Origin: a virus
Taxonomy: Duplodnaviria > Caudoviricetes
Direction: 5' to 3' (one strand)
DNA length: 45,281 nt
IMG/VR virus record: IMGVR_UViG_3300017783_000051
Coordinates: 1 to 45,281 of that record
The notes under the pieces were generated by a model. It saw only the letters and a program-made list of their open reading frames with translations. It was not told the DNA's origin and ran no database searches. The position numbers were made by a program, and so were the translations under genes. Positions 1 to 7,774 of the stretch are shown piece by piece (within the stretch, counting starts at the first letter, position 1; the number at the start of each line of letters is the position of its first letter).

Positions 1-80
1 ACGTTAACTTGCAATACAGGTTCACCCAATTGCCTCTTGCAATAAGTGATGAGATCAGCTCTTGAGTTTGGAGATGCCAT
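1..80 (-). CDS. gp13: Neck protein gp13, N-terminal fragment (runs off the window edge)
   Basis: Manual translation from the ATG at 80 gives MASPNSRADLITYCKRQLGEPVLQVN, matching the T4-like gp13 N-terminus (Y-x-x-R-x-LG-x-P-V-x-x-V-N). Position after the baseplate/fibre block fits T4-like synteny. Not in the ORF track. Confidence 0.88.
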   Translation of the reverse strand, partial: MASPNSRADLITYCKRQLGEPVLQVN

Positions 81-87
81 TACACAC

Positions 88-125
88 AAAAAATCCCTTC
101 ATACCTATTTAGGAAGAAGGGATTT
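88..125 (-). terminator. Rho-independent terminator-like hairpin upstream of gp13
   Basis: Perfect 10-bp inverted repeat AAATCCCTTC (91-100) / GAAGGGATTT (116-125), followed by a T-tract on the minus strand. Confidence 0.7.
106..112 (-). promoter_or_regulatory. Late promoter variant CTAAATA inside the hairpin loop, upstream of gp13
   Basis: Plus-strand TATTTAG at 106-112 reads CTAAATA on the minus strand, about 25 nt before the gp13 ATG. It resembles the T4 gp55-dependent late -10 box. Confidence 0.55.
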
Positions 126-127
126 AG

Positions 128-135
128 TATTTATT
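128..135 (-). promoter_or_regulatory. Possible late promoter AATAAATA overlapping the stop codon of the small upstream ORF
   Basis: Plus-strand TATTTATT at 128-135; one mismatch to TATAAATA. Confidence 0.4.
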
Positions 136-322
136 CTGCAGGAGTTTCTTCTGGTTCTTCTACTTCTGGTTTCTCTTCTAAGAGATTTAGAGTTTCTAAA
201 CCTCCTTCTAATTTAATCTTATACTCTTTTGCTTTAACAAGATTTGCTTCAAGTTCTCCAATTTGTTTAACTGTAGAAGCAATCTGCTCTTCAAAATTTT
301 TCTTAAGTTGTGTGGGATCCAT
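131..322 (-). CDS. Small coiled-coil hypothetical protein (about 63 aa) preceding gp13
   Basis: The ORF track starts at a TTG at 331; the in-frame ATG at 322 (MDPTQLKKNFEEQI...) is the more likely start. Heptad-like amphipathic pattern, acidic tail, and a late promoter upstream. Confidence 0.75.
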   Translation of the reverse strand: MDPTQLKKNFEEQIASTVKQIGELEANLVKAKEYKIKLEGGLETLNLLEEKPEVEEPEETPAE

Positions 323-349
323 TTTAATCAATTGGTAATGATGTATCAG

Positions 350-357
350 TATTTATA
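350..357 (-). promoter_or_regulatory. T4-type late promoter TATAAATA
   Basis: Exact consensus (plus-strand TATTTATA) in the intergenic gap immediately after the stop codon of the 359-aa gene. Confidence 0.8.
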
Positions 358-1437
358 TTAGTATAGGATGATCAATCTACCATTACCACCGTCAGGACTT
401 CCTTGATATCCAGTACCTACACCAGAGACATAGTATTCATTACCTGTTTGTGGTGGGTTGTGTGTGTTAGGAGCACCCTGAGAACCCGTTGTAGTAATAC
501 CAGAAAGAACTTTATATGTGGAGTTTCCTCCAGCATATCCTGATCCACCGCCACCACCAGAGTTGTCATCACCACCAGATTGACCACCGTAGTAACCACC
601 GCCACCACCTGGGTCATCATTACTACTAGGACCATCACCACCTCTTAGTGCTGAACCATTAGCATAGTTGCCAGATGAGTTAGATCCAGCATAACCAGAA
701 ACTTGGCGACCGCCCCAACCACCTTTGTTGTTACCAGATGGTTCAGAACCACCACGTCCACCTTCTGTACCACCACCAGCACCACCATATGCTCGGTCAG
801 TTGTTTGGTCGTTAGCACCACCACCGCCACCAGCGATAATTAGTGCTCTATCTATTGATCCACTACCAGGATTAGATCCAGAGAATACTGTAGCTCCACC
901 TTGGAAGATACCACTAAGTCCACCACCAGAACCAGAAACGTGACCACCACCACTATCAGCAGATCCTCTTCCACCACCACCGTACATAGCAGGCATTGGT
1001 GAACTTCCAGTTCCTCTTACACCACCCTGTCCTACAACAATAGTGAATGTGTCTCCATTCAAACTGTTGGCATCAAATCTTTCAATGGTTCCACTAGAAA
1101 AACCACCAGAACCAGCAGCAGCAGTTCCACCTTCGTCAGATCCACCACCTGCACCCCACATAACAACTTGGAGTTGGTTCACAGTTCCACCAGAACTAGG
1201 TACGTTAAATGTCTGATCAGATCCAGTATATGCAAACACAGCAACGTTGCTGAAATCTTGTGGGTTTGCATTCTGAATAGATACCCACTCAGTTCCAGTC
1301 CAAAGTTGCAACACTGATTCTTCAGTGTTAAAGATCAACGCTCCTTGTGTTGCTGACGCTGGTCTAGATGAGTTAGTAAAACTTGGGAAAACAACTTCGC
1401 TGCTAGCAACTAGCTTTCCTACATTTAATTGTGACAT
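358..1437 (-). CDS. Glycine-rich putative tail-fibre tip/adhesin protein (ALK/LTK-type glycine-rich domain-like)
   Basis: N-terminal module PSFTNSSRP...GALIFNTEE...WTGTEW is followed by WGAGGG / TIVVGQGG / LIIAGGGGG / GGGGGYYGG / GGGGGSGY motifs and a terminal GNGRLII. These are typical of polyglycine-II bundle domains. Confidence 0.75.
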   Translation of the reverse strand: MSQLNVGKLVASSEVVFPSFTNSSRPASATQGALIFNTEESVLQLWTGTEWVSIQNANPQDFSNVAVFAYTGSDQTFNVPSSGGTVNQLQVVMWGAGGGSDEGGTAAAGSGGFSSGTIERFDANSLNGDTFTIVVGQGGVRGTGSSPMPAMYGGGGRGSADSGGGHVSGSGGGLSGIFQGGATVFSGSNPGSGSIDRALIIAGGGGGANDQTTDRAYGGAGGGTEGGRGGSEPSGNNKGGWGGRQVSGYAGSNSSGNYANGSALRGGDGPSSNDDPGGGGGYYGGQSGGDDNSGGGGGSGYAGGNSTYKVLSGITTTGSQGAPNTHNPPQTGNEYYVSGVGTGYQGSPDGGNGRLIILY

Positions 1438-1467
1438 GTTCTCAAAAAACTTCTAGTGCTTTCATTA

Positions 1468-1475
1468 TATTTATA
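1468..1475 (-). promoter_or_regulatory. T4-type late promoter TATAAATA for the 359-aa glycine-rich gene
   Basis: Exact consensus overlapping the TAA of the upstream oxygenase, about 30 nt before the ATG at 1437. Confidence 0.75.
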
Positions 1476-2076
1476 CCCCTTTTAAGTATCCACAATCTTG
1501 TAGTTCTTTAAATGCCTCTCCTTCATAAACAACATAATGCATAAAGAGTTGATGGTGATAATCCTTAGGTCCTCCTGGCATCGGTTCTCTCCAATGCTTT
1601 ACCGCATTACCCAGATAGATTACAGCATCCCCATTTTCTAATTCAATTTCTGAGACACCTCCATTTTTTCTTTCAACAAAAAACTTCCATGGTTTTGAGA
1701 GAGTAGTTTTTAATTGTAAAGTAACACTAATCTCACATGGTTCCCAATCTTTATGTGGTGTTAATTCAGTACCAGCATAGTATATTCTATCAAAATAATA
1801 TGTTGGGTGTAATTGATGAGGTGGTAAAATAAATTTTTGAATTTGATTCCTCATTTGTAAATGAAAATTCTTTAAAGGAGGGAAGCATGTTCGGGAATAC
1901 GAACCAGGAACTTGCAACTCAGGAAACTCTCCATCAAAAGTTCCATCATACAACCACTCAAGATGTTTATCTTCATACATATCTTTTTCGGGAAGAATAC
2001 TGAGATATTCAGGGTCTCCTATAAAATTACGGATAACGCAATATCCGTTTTGCCAGAAAAAATCATTTAGTTTCAT
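1471..2076 (-). CDS. Putative 2OG-Fe(II) oxygenase (HKD..CEISVTL subfamily)
   Basis: RIYYAGTELTPHKDWEPCEISVTL ... GDAVIYLG...KHWRE gives an HxD...H triad in a double-stranded beta-helix pattern. ATGA overlap with the upstream gene. Confidence 0.8.
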   Translation of the reverse strand: MKLNDFFWQNGYCVIRNFIGDPEYLSILPEKDMYEDKHLEWLYDGTFDGEFPELQVPGSYSRTCFPPLKNFHLQMRNQIQKFILPPHQLHPTYYFDRIYYAGTELTPHKDWEPCEISVTLQLKTTLSKPWKFFVERKNGGVSEIELENGDAVIYLGNAVKHWREPMPGGPKDYHHQLFMHYVVYEGEAFKELQDCGYLKGV

Positions 2077-2684
2077 AGTTCTACTGCTAGTAATAGAGGA
2101 TCAGATTGAGAATTATTGTTACACCAAAAATAATCCATACCTTGTTCTGTAATTAAATCAAATGCTATAGTATATCTTTGTTCATCTATCAATTTATCTA
2201 CAGAATGAGGAAGACATGATGGGAATAATGTCATCCTTCCTTTTGAATTTTCTGTTGTAATCCATCCTAGATATGGGATGTCATAATCTGTAGTAGTATT
2301 ATTTTTCGTAAGACAGATGTTTCCACTAATATATGCGTTTTCGTGAATTGCATGATAGTGTCTTTTTAAAATCATTCCTGATTTTTGTGGGTATACCCAA
2401 CCCCTTATCCAAATTTTTTCTTTACTGCAATTAATTTTATTGCAAAAATTTTCATAAGAAGCTTTGATAATGTCTTTGAGATTCAAGATACATTTATCTT
2501 CCCATTGAAAAATGTTGTAATGTTCCCATTTATGATGTTGATATAAATTTTCATTCTTTTTAACAACCTCTAAAAGATCATCAACTAATTGAAGATTAAT
2601 AATATCAAACCACATGTCAACAGAAAATTTTGGAGCAAAGTAGTTGTTTGCAGGATTGGATCTCCATGTGCGCCATTCACCCAT
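2073..2684 (-). CDS. Putative 2OG-Fe(II) oxygenase, TIGR02466-like (HxH...H)
   Basis: Motifs W...KRHYH...YISGNICL...GRMTLFPSCLPHSV...RYTIAFD. Confidence 0.8.
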   Translation of the reverse strand: MGEWRTWRSNPANNYFAPKFSVDMWFDIINLQLVDDLLEVVKKNENLYQHHKWEHYNIFQWEDKCILNLKDIIKASYENFCNKINCSKEKIWIRGWVYPQKSGMILKRHYHAIHENAYISGNICLTKNNTTTDYDIPYLGWITTENSKGRMTLFPSCLPHSVDKLIDEQRYTIAFDLITEQGMDYFWCNNNSQSDPLLLAVEL

Positions 2685-3378
2685 TTATCCTGCCTCCATA
2701 TTCTACATTTAATGCAAGAACATCTTTCCTAAGATCTTCTGAGTATGGACACTCTACTTGACATATTCTGCAGATGGTATCCAAATTTTTAAATGCTTCA
2801 GGAACATCTACAAAATTTGCACACTTTTCCCAATCAACTAGATCAAAGTCCATCTTACAACCTACTGGACATTTGCTCTCACATGGAGCATCACATCCTT
2901 CACAGTTCTCATACCTTGGTTGTCCTTCTACAACAACAGCATCTTCAAACTCTGCATTGGTAAAGATGAGATCAATTTTGTAATTCATCCCGAACTTTTT
3001 ATGAAATGCTAGAGATGGTTTTGCCAGAGTTGCAGCTCCAGATCTAAGAGCAAACTGTTTTCGGTTGAGATTGTATCCATCATATCCAAAATTATATTCA
3101 TATCTTAAATTTAAGTATGTAATAATCTGTGGTAAGAAATTGTTTTTATAGTAGTAATCATATGCAACATCACTAAAGACATTCCATACGATTACAGATT
3201 TACATTTATCTGACAGATAATATTCTTTGTCTAGAGAATTTGGTTTTCCTTTGTTATAGTTATCTTGTGCTCTTTGACGTATCAAATCATCAGGAGGTGT
3301 AGTAACAGTAACATCAAACATAATTGGAGTATCTCTAGTCACCCAGTTGATAGCTTCAACAATTTGACTGGTGTTCAC
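2677..3378 (-). CDS. Epoxyqueuosine reductase QueG / reductive dehalogenase-like double [4Fe-4S] protein
   Basis: KSVIV, AYDYY and YDGYNLNRKQFALRSG..LAKPSL...FG...LIFTNAE are followed by CEGCDAPCESKCP and C...CRICQVECP, the same motif order as the QueG core. A GTG start at 3378 (GTGA overlap with the upstream stop) is preferred over the TTG at 3390. Confidence 0.7.
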   Translation of the reverse strand: MNTSQIVEAINWVTRDTPIMFDVTVTTPPDDLIRQRAQDNYNKGKPNSLDKEYYLSDKCKSVIVWNVFSDVAYDYYYKNNFLPQIITYLNLRYEYNFGYDGYNLNRKQFALRSGAATLAKPSLAFHKKFGMNYKIDLIFTNAEFEDAVVVEGQPRYENCEGCDAPCESKCPVGCKMDFDLVDWEKCANFVDVPEAFKNLDTICRICQVECPYSEDLRKDVLALNVEYGGRING

Positions 3379-4022
3379 AATTGTACCCAATGATCTTTCA
3401 TGTTGTCAAAAACATCTTCGTCATATACAGTTTGTGTAATGATATCAAATGCAATTGTTACACGAACATCATCACCTTCATAAGTATCAGTGTAATGCTC
3501 TAACCAATTAGGGAAAACATATACTTTTCCTTTCTTATTTTTAGTGTCAAATGTTTTTCTAGTATATGGATTTACATAGTAAGTATTAGTGTCGTAATCA
3601 TCTAGACAAATATGTCCACCAAGATACGTATACTTACTATTCCAATGCTGGTGTTGTTTGATTGCTTGTCCTTTTCTCAACACGTTCGCCCAACACTGCA
3701 CATAAATTTTATCTTCCCATAGATTAGGATCTAACGTGGTGATAAGATTGTCATGGGAGTTTCTGATAATGTCTTTGATATGATCTGCTTCATCCCAATC
3801 AAGTAAATTATAACTGTTTGATCTAGATGTCATACTAGATTCACCTAGACCAGTATTCCAGTCACTTTTATAATCATTAGCATTAATAATTTCTTCTTCT
3901 TTTGAGAGGATGGTATCTCTAATGTCTTCCACCTCTACCTCTCCCTCATACACATAAAACTTATATGTTGGAGCGAAAATAGTTTTCGGTTCTTCGTTTT
4001 CAAATTGAATTACTTGTCCCAT
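3375..4022 (-). CDS. Putative 2OG-Fe(II) oxygenase, TIGR02466-like (HxH...H)
   Basis: Motifs CWANVLRKGQAIKQHQH...YLGGHICL...VFPNWLEHYT...RVTIAFD; apparent paralog of 2073-2684. Confidence 0.82.
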   Translation of the reverse strand: MGQVIQFENEEPKTIFAPTYKFYVYEGEVEVEDIRDTILSKEEEIINANDYKSDWNTGLGESSMTSRSNSYNLLDWDEADHIKDIIRNSHDNLITTLDPNLWEDKIYVQCWANVLRKGQAIKQHQHWNSKYTYLGGHICLDDYDTNTYYVNPYTRKTFDTKNKKGKVYVFPNWLEHYTDTYEGDDVRVTIAFDIITQTVYDEDVFDNMKDHWVQL

Positions 4023-4024
4023 AA

Positions 4025-4633
4025 TTACATATACAAAAATTGACTCATAGAATACCTTCCCTGTCCAGGAAGATCTTTCATTACGACACTTGTCACTTCA
4101 TGATATAAAATTGAAGGAAAGATTACCGTAGAATTATTTAGACATGGGATTTTTATCGCTTTTTCAATAATTAAATCACCACCAGTAAAAGATTTTGGTT
4201 CTTTATAAAACCATGTGATAGCTGTGATAACACAGTCATCTGTGTGTGGTTTGTAATGATCTCCATCTACAAAATAATGAATCTTAGTTTCATCTCTATT
4301 TGATCTCCACACATACCTAAAAAATGGATGCTTAGACATTAAAGTATCCATTAGTTGGTTATCAAATAATTTTCTATTGATGTTTAATATATCTGATTGT
4401 TTAACATCATCATAAACAGCATTCAGATGAAGACCTTTTCCTACCTTGAGTGCTACGCCATCTTCATATGCTGTGCCTGGTCCTCCAGGTTCTTCTGCAT
4501 CTTTATATCTGTCAATACCATTCAGAAATTCAAGCTCATCCATTATCTTTTTTAACTCTTCTTGTGAGTAAAAGTTCTCAATGTGAACTACAGGTAGATC
4601 TGCTATTTTAGTAAAATTCAAATTTAACATCAC
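4025..4633 (-). CDS. 2OG-Fe(II) oxygenase, prolyl-4-hydroxylase-like
   Basis: Motifs IENFYS.EE, YKPHTD, FTGGDL, IFPSILYHEV and GRYS (HxD...H...RxS). Start is GTG 4633 or ATG 4630. Confidence 0.88.
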   Translation of the reverse strand: MMLNLNFTKIADLPVVHIENFYSQEELKKIMDELEFLNGIDRYKDAEEPGGPGTAYEDGVALKVGKGLHLNAVYDDVKQSDILNINRKLFDNQLMDTLMSKHPFFRYVWRSNRDETKIHYFVDGDHYKPHTDDCVITAITWFYKEPKSFTGGDLIIEKAIKIPCLNNSTVIFPSILYHEVTSVVMKDLPGQGRYSMSQFLYM

Positions 4634-4970
4634 TAATTTCTTTTATAGTTGCCCACCTGAATACAATAGCATCAGAGAAATACATTTGTTTTGGAATTAA
4701 ATCAAAACCCACTTCTTTATTTTCAACATCTAAAGCATACAGATGTAAATCTCCAGTGTCTAAACAAACTACAGATGTAAATTTTCCATCAGAAGATACT
4801 TTGTCATCTGATATTTTTTTGACGAATTCAATTTCTCCAACAACACCAAACTCTTCTAGCATTACAGATCTAATACCTTTTTCTAAGAGAAGAGTATCTG
4901 GAACATTTGCTATATCAATATACTCAGGAAACTTATAACTGTTCCTGATATTCAACAGTTGGTTTGCCAT
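4608..4970 (-). CDS. Hypothetical protein (possibly a degenerate oxygenase-fold protein)
   Basis: 120-aa ORF coupled to the upstream gene by a TAATG overlap at 4970; no metal-binding motif seen. Confidence 0.65.
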   Translation of the reverse strand: MANQLLNIRNSYKFPEYIDIANVPDTLLLEKGIRSVMLEEFGVVGEIEFVKKISDDKVSSDGKFTSVVCLDTGDLHLYALDVENKEVGFDLIPKQMYFSDAIVFRWATIKEISDVKFEFY

Positions 4971-5449
4971 TAAAAATAATTAAAGTTAATGTTAGCTCTA
5001 AATTGCTGATCAGTACATGAAGTGCTGTGATGCATTTGAGTTGCATCAAATTTCAACAAACGATTTTCAATAGATTCTACTTTCTCATCACCAATAACTG
5101 TATATCCATCATTGGTATTCAAGTATAAAATTGCTGCTTTATGTTCAAATTCAAAATCAGTATGATCATGATAATGATATAGAGTATCAGTTCTAGGATA
5201 TAAATTTGCTTTTACTCTTACAACTGCATCTGCTCCAAACATAAACAAAATAGGAACAATGCATTGATCCCATTTATTACTTCTTACTTGATGTTGAGCA
5301 TGTAATAAGTGAGTAAAGTATGGATATTTTTCCAATCCTTGACCAGAAGCATCCTTCTGTAAAAACCAAGGTATATTTTGTGAGGTGAGAATATTATCTC
5401 TGATGAGATTGAATAACTCAGGTGCTAAGTAATTGTCAATAATTTCCAT
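4970..5449 (-). CDS. Putative 2OG-Fe(II) oxygenase (short cyanophage subfamily)
   Basis: Motifs IIDNYL, RVKANL, HTD, AILYLNTNDGYT, ENRLLKFD...HHS and RANINFNYF. Confidence 0.82.
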   Translation of the reverse strand: MEIIDNYLAPELFNLIRDNILTSQNIPWFLQKDASGQGLEKYPYFTHLLHAQHQVRSNKWDQCIVPILFMFGADAVVRVKANLYPRTDTLYHYHDHTDFEFEHKAAILYLNTNDGYTVIGDEKVESIENRLLKFDATQMHHSTSCTDQQFRANINFNYF

Positions 5450-5450
5450 T

Positions 5451-5972
5451 TTAAATATCTAAAAAATCTTTGTTTAATGGCATAGTGGTATCAAGTCCAT
5501 ACCACATTGAAAGTGTGTATCTATCTCGTTTAATTACGTTTGATACACCATGACGGAATTCCATTCCATCAAAGTACACAGTTCTACCAGAAAGAGGTTG
5601 AACATCTACTCCTTCAATAACAGTATGTCCACCAATATAAGTGTCGTTTAAATATGTGATTGAAGCTCCAGTAGTAGTTTTTCTAGTTCTATCTTTGTGA
5701 AAGGTTTTACTAGCACCACATGGATACTTAACTATCTCCACATTTTGCAATATAGAAAATTTATCATCAGTCACCTTACTCTTTACTTCTTTTGCAAGAT
5801 CTAAAATATCATAGTAGGTTTCTGAAAGATTAGAAGAACCAATACCACCTTTGTCCATACTAAGAACTCTAGTTTCATCCCATGTATATGTTTTTAAAAT
5901 ATTGTCTTTAAAAAAATTAATTATTCTATCTACAAAATCATCACTAAGATGAATGTGTGAAATATGGATCAT
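5451..5972 (-). CDS. 2OG-Fe(II) oxygenase, prolyl-hydroxylase-like
   Basis: Motifs IVKY...FHKD, SITYLNDTYIGG, FRHGV and RYTLSMW. The ATG at 5972 (ATGA overlap) is preferred over the ORF-track start at 5996. Confidence 0.85.
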   Translation of the reverse strand: MIHISHIHLSDDFVDRIINFFKDNILKTYTWDETRVLSMDKGGIGSSNLSETYYDILDLAKEVKSKVTDDKFSILQNVEIVKYPCGASKTFHKDRTRKTTTGASITYLNDTYIGGHTVIEGVDVQPLSGRTVYFDGMEFRHGVSNVIKRDRYTLSMWYGLDTTMPLNKDFLDI

Positions 5973-6592
5973 CGAAATGGTGCTCCAATACTCCAACTGA
6001 CAAGAGAATATCTAGTTCCCTCTGTAACTTCACGAACTCTATGATAGACAAATGCAGGAAACACTACCAATGTTCCTTTGGTTGATAATTCTTCTGCAAC
6101 TTTTGTCTCCTTCCTATTGAAGTGAAACTCTAGTTCTCCACCCTTGAATTCACTAGGATCATTTAGTAACAAAGTAGTAGAAAGTTTTCTGTACTTTCCT
6201 CTCATGTTTTCATTAGTATCATCCTCTGGATAAACATAATGATGTTGATCTGGATGCCAATCATAAAACTGACCAACATCATATTTGGTAAACTGTAACA
6301 TCTCTGTCCAGTCCCAATCAAAATTCCATCCTGCCCGTGAGTTGGCAGAATCAATATATTTTTTAAGGATGTTATAAATCCAAGGTTCGTTTATCCAGGA
6401 GATGTGAGAATTTCTAGTTGCAAATAAATTTTCTTTATCTTTTTCTGAATAATCTTTGATACCTTCAGTTTGATTTCTGTTTACTTCTCCAAATTCAAAA
6501 TTCTCTTTCATACCCATCTTAATGATGCGGTCACATTGTTCTGGAGTAAAGGCATTTTGAAAATACCAATAGTTATAATTAAGATTCATCAA
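5969..6592 (-). CDS. 2OG-Fe(II) oxygenase, PKHD/prolyl-4-hydroxylase-like
   Basis: Motifs QFTKY..GQFYDWHPD, RKLS..LLLNDPSEFKGGELEF and VFPAFVYHRVREVTEGTRYSLVSW. Confidence 0.92.
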   Translation of the reverse strand: MMNLNYNYWYFQNAFTPEQCDRIIKMGMKENFEFGEVNRNQTEGIKDYSEKDKENLFATRNSHISWINEPWIYNILKKYIDSANSRAGWNFDWDWTEMLQFTKYDVGQFYDWHPDQHHYVYPEDDTNENMRGKYRKLSTTLLLNDPSEFKGGELEFHFNRKETKVAEELSTKGTLVVFPAFVYHRVREVTEGTRYSLVSWSIGAPFR

Positions 6593-7206
6593 GCTCCATT
6601 ATATTGAGTGTAGTCAAAGTTGGGTATCTTATAAGTATACCACCCCGTTGTAATATATTTAGTTTCAGTTTCAGAAGGCACACCACGGTGAACATGAGTC
6701 CAGTCAACAGGCCACATAATTGTTAGTCCTTTACGTGGTTGTATTTTTATCTGTTGATGAAACCATTCAGTTTCTCCTCCATCATGCACTGTGTTTAAGT
6801 AAGTCATAAACACCATATGTCTAGTTGAAACCATGTTAGATATAGTTGATCTTTCTGTGTGCCACCCAAAGAAACCTTCGCTTGGATTGTATTTTTGAAT
6901 ATTGAAATTAGTATTCAATCCCCAAGTATCTTGATTGGTGGAACACCATGGATATTTTTTGATGTACTCTTTACATACATCACTCAGTGCTGTGAGATAG
7001 TTTTGTATTCTTTCATCTTGGTTTCTTGGAATTACAGTAACGTCTGTTGATACTTTAAAATCTTTATTAATTCCAGAACCAACAGATCCAGGTTTTTGAT
7101 CTGAAGATTCTTCAAAGAAAGAAATTAATCCATCACAAATTTCTTCATCAATGTACCATCCAGAAATAAAATTTGGTGATTGTTGTGGAACAATAAATTC
7201 AATCAT
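6589..7206 (-). CDS. 2OG-Fe(II) oxygenase (HxE...H type)
   Basis: Motifs NIQKY...GWHTE, MTYLNTV.DGGETE, WPVDWTHVHRG and KYITTGW. Confidence 0.9.
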   Translation of the reverse strand: MIEFIVPQQSPNFISGWYIDEEICDGLISFFEESSDQKPGSVGSGINKDFKVSTDVTVIPRNQDERIQNYLTALSDVCKEYIKKYPWCSTNQDTWGLNTNFNIQKYNPSEGFFGWHTERSTISNMVSTRHMVFMTYLNTVHDGGETEWFHQQIKIQPRKGLTIMWPVDWTHVHRGVPSETETKYITTGWYTYKIPNFDYTQYNGA

Positions 7207-7769
7207 AGTGACATATTAAAGGAGATAGCAATTTTTTCTTCGCATACTTGTTTCTCTGTACCATGCATCATATCACTGGTAAACAATAAAAGCGAGCCTG
7301 GTATACATGAGTATTCACAATACTGATAGTTATTATCATTCCACTCTTCTGGATCAGGAAGCATGGTAGGAGAATTGAAAAATTTTATCTTCTCATCAGT
7401 AGAACATTTGATATAATAAACTCCAGATATCATAGACCCATTGTGATTATGTGGGAAAAGATAATCACCAGGATAACTAATGTTTGCCCAACAATTTTGA
7501 ATATGTAATGTATTAGTTTTTTTATATCCTAAAGCATTTAAATATTTTTTTGTGTGTATGATAAAATGCTCTGTTAACACACTATCTAAATCTGCAACTT
7601 GTAAAATATTCTTATGTGATTTGTGTGTAGAATCTACATTTTTTTGACCGTCACGAAAAGTTTCAACATTAGAAAAGGCATCCTTGATTAGTTGCTCATA
7701 GATGCCTAATTTGTTATTTAAAATGTTTGGTTGAAAGTAAATCGCTTTTGGAAACCATGATGTAATCAT
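7203..7769 (-). CDS. Putative 2OG-Fe(II) oxygenase, TIGR02466 family (HxH...H)
   Basis: Motifs WANISYPGDYLFPHNH..SMISGVYY, PGSLLLF.S.M.HG and KIAISFN. The ATG at 7769 (MITSWFP) is preferred over the GTG at 7796. Confidence 0.85.
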   Translation of the reverse strand: MITSWFPKAIYFQPNILNNKLGIYEQLIKDAFSNVETFRDGQKNVDSTHKSHKNILQVADLDSVLTEHFIIHTKKYLNALGYKKTNTLHIQNCWANISYPGDYLFPHNHNGSMISGVYYIKCSTDEKIKFFNSPTMLPDPEEWNDNNYQYCEYSCIPGSLLLFTSDMMHGTEKQVCEEKIAISFNMSL

Positions 7770-7774
7770 ATTGT

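Noticed and set aside
417-830. Val-rich alternate-frame minus-strand ORFs (also 8526-8879 and similar ones inside the large genes)
   Set aside because: These are frame-shifted readings of GGT-GGT glycine runs (GTG-GTG) nested in real genes; no independent evidence of expression.
2677-3378. Assigning the symbol queG or a 7-deazaguanine DNA-modification pathway
   Set aside because: The protein is divergent (DYH to DYY, short) and no folE/queC/queD/queE/dpdA genes are in the window, so only family-level similarity is supportable.
4970-5449. DNA endonuclease V label that proteins of this type sometimes carry
   Set aside because: The sequence shows an HxD...H...R oxygenase pattern and no resemblance to T4 DenV that I can see.
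1471-7769. 2OG-dependent halogenases among the oxygenases
   Set aside because: None has the HxA/HxG substitution diagnostic of halogenases; all have HxD, HxE or HxH.
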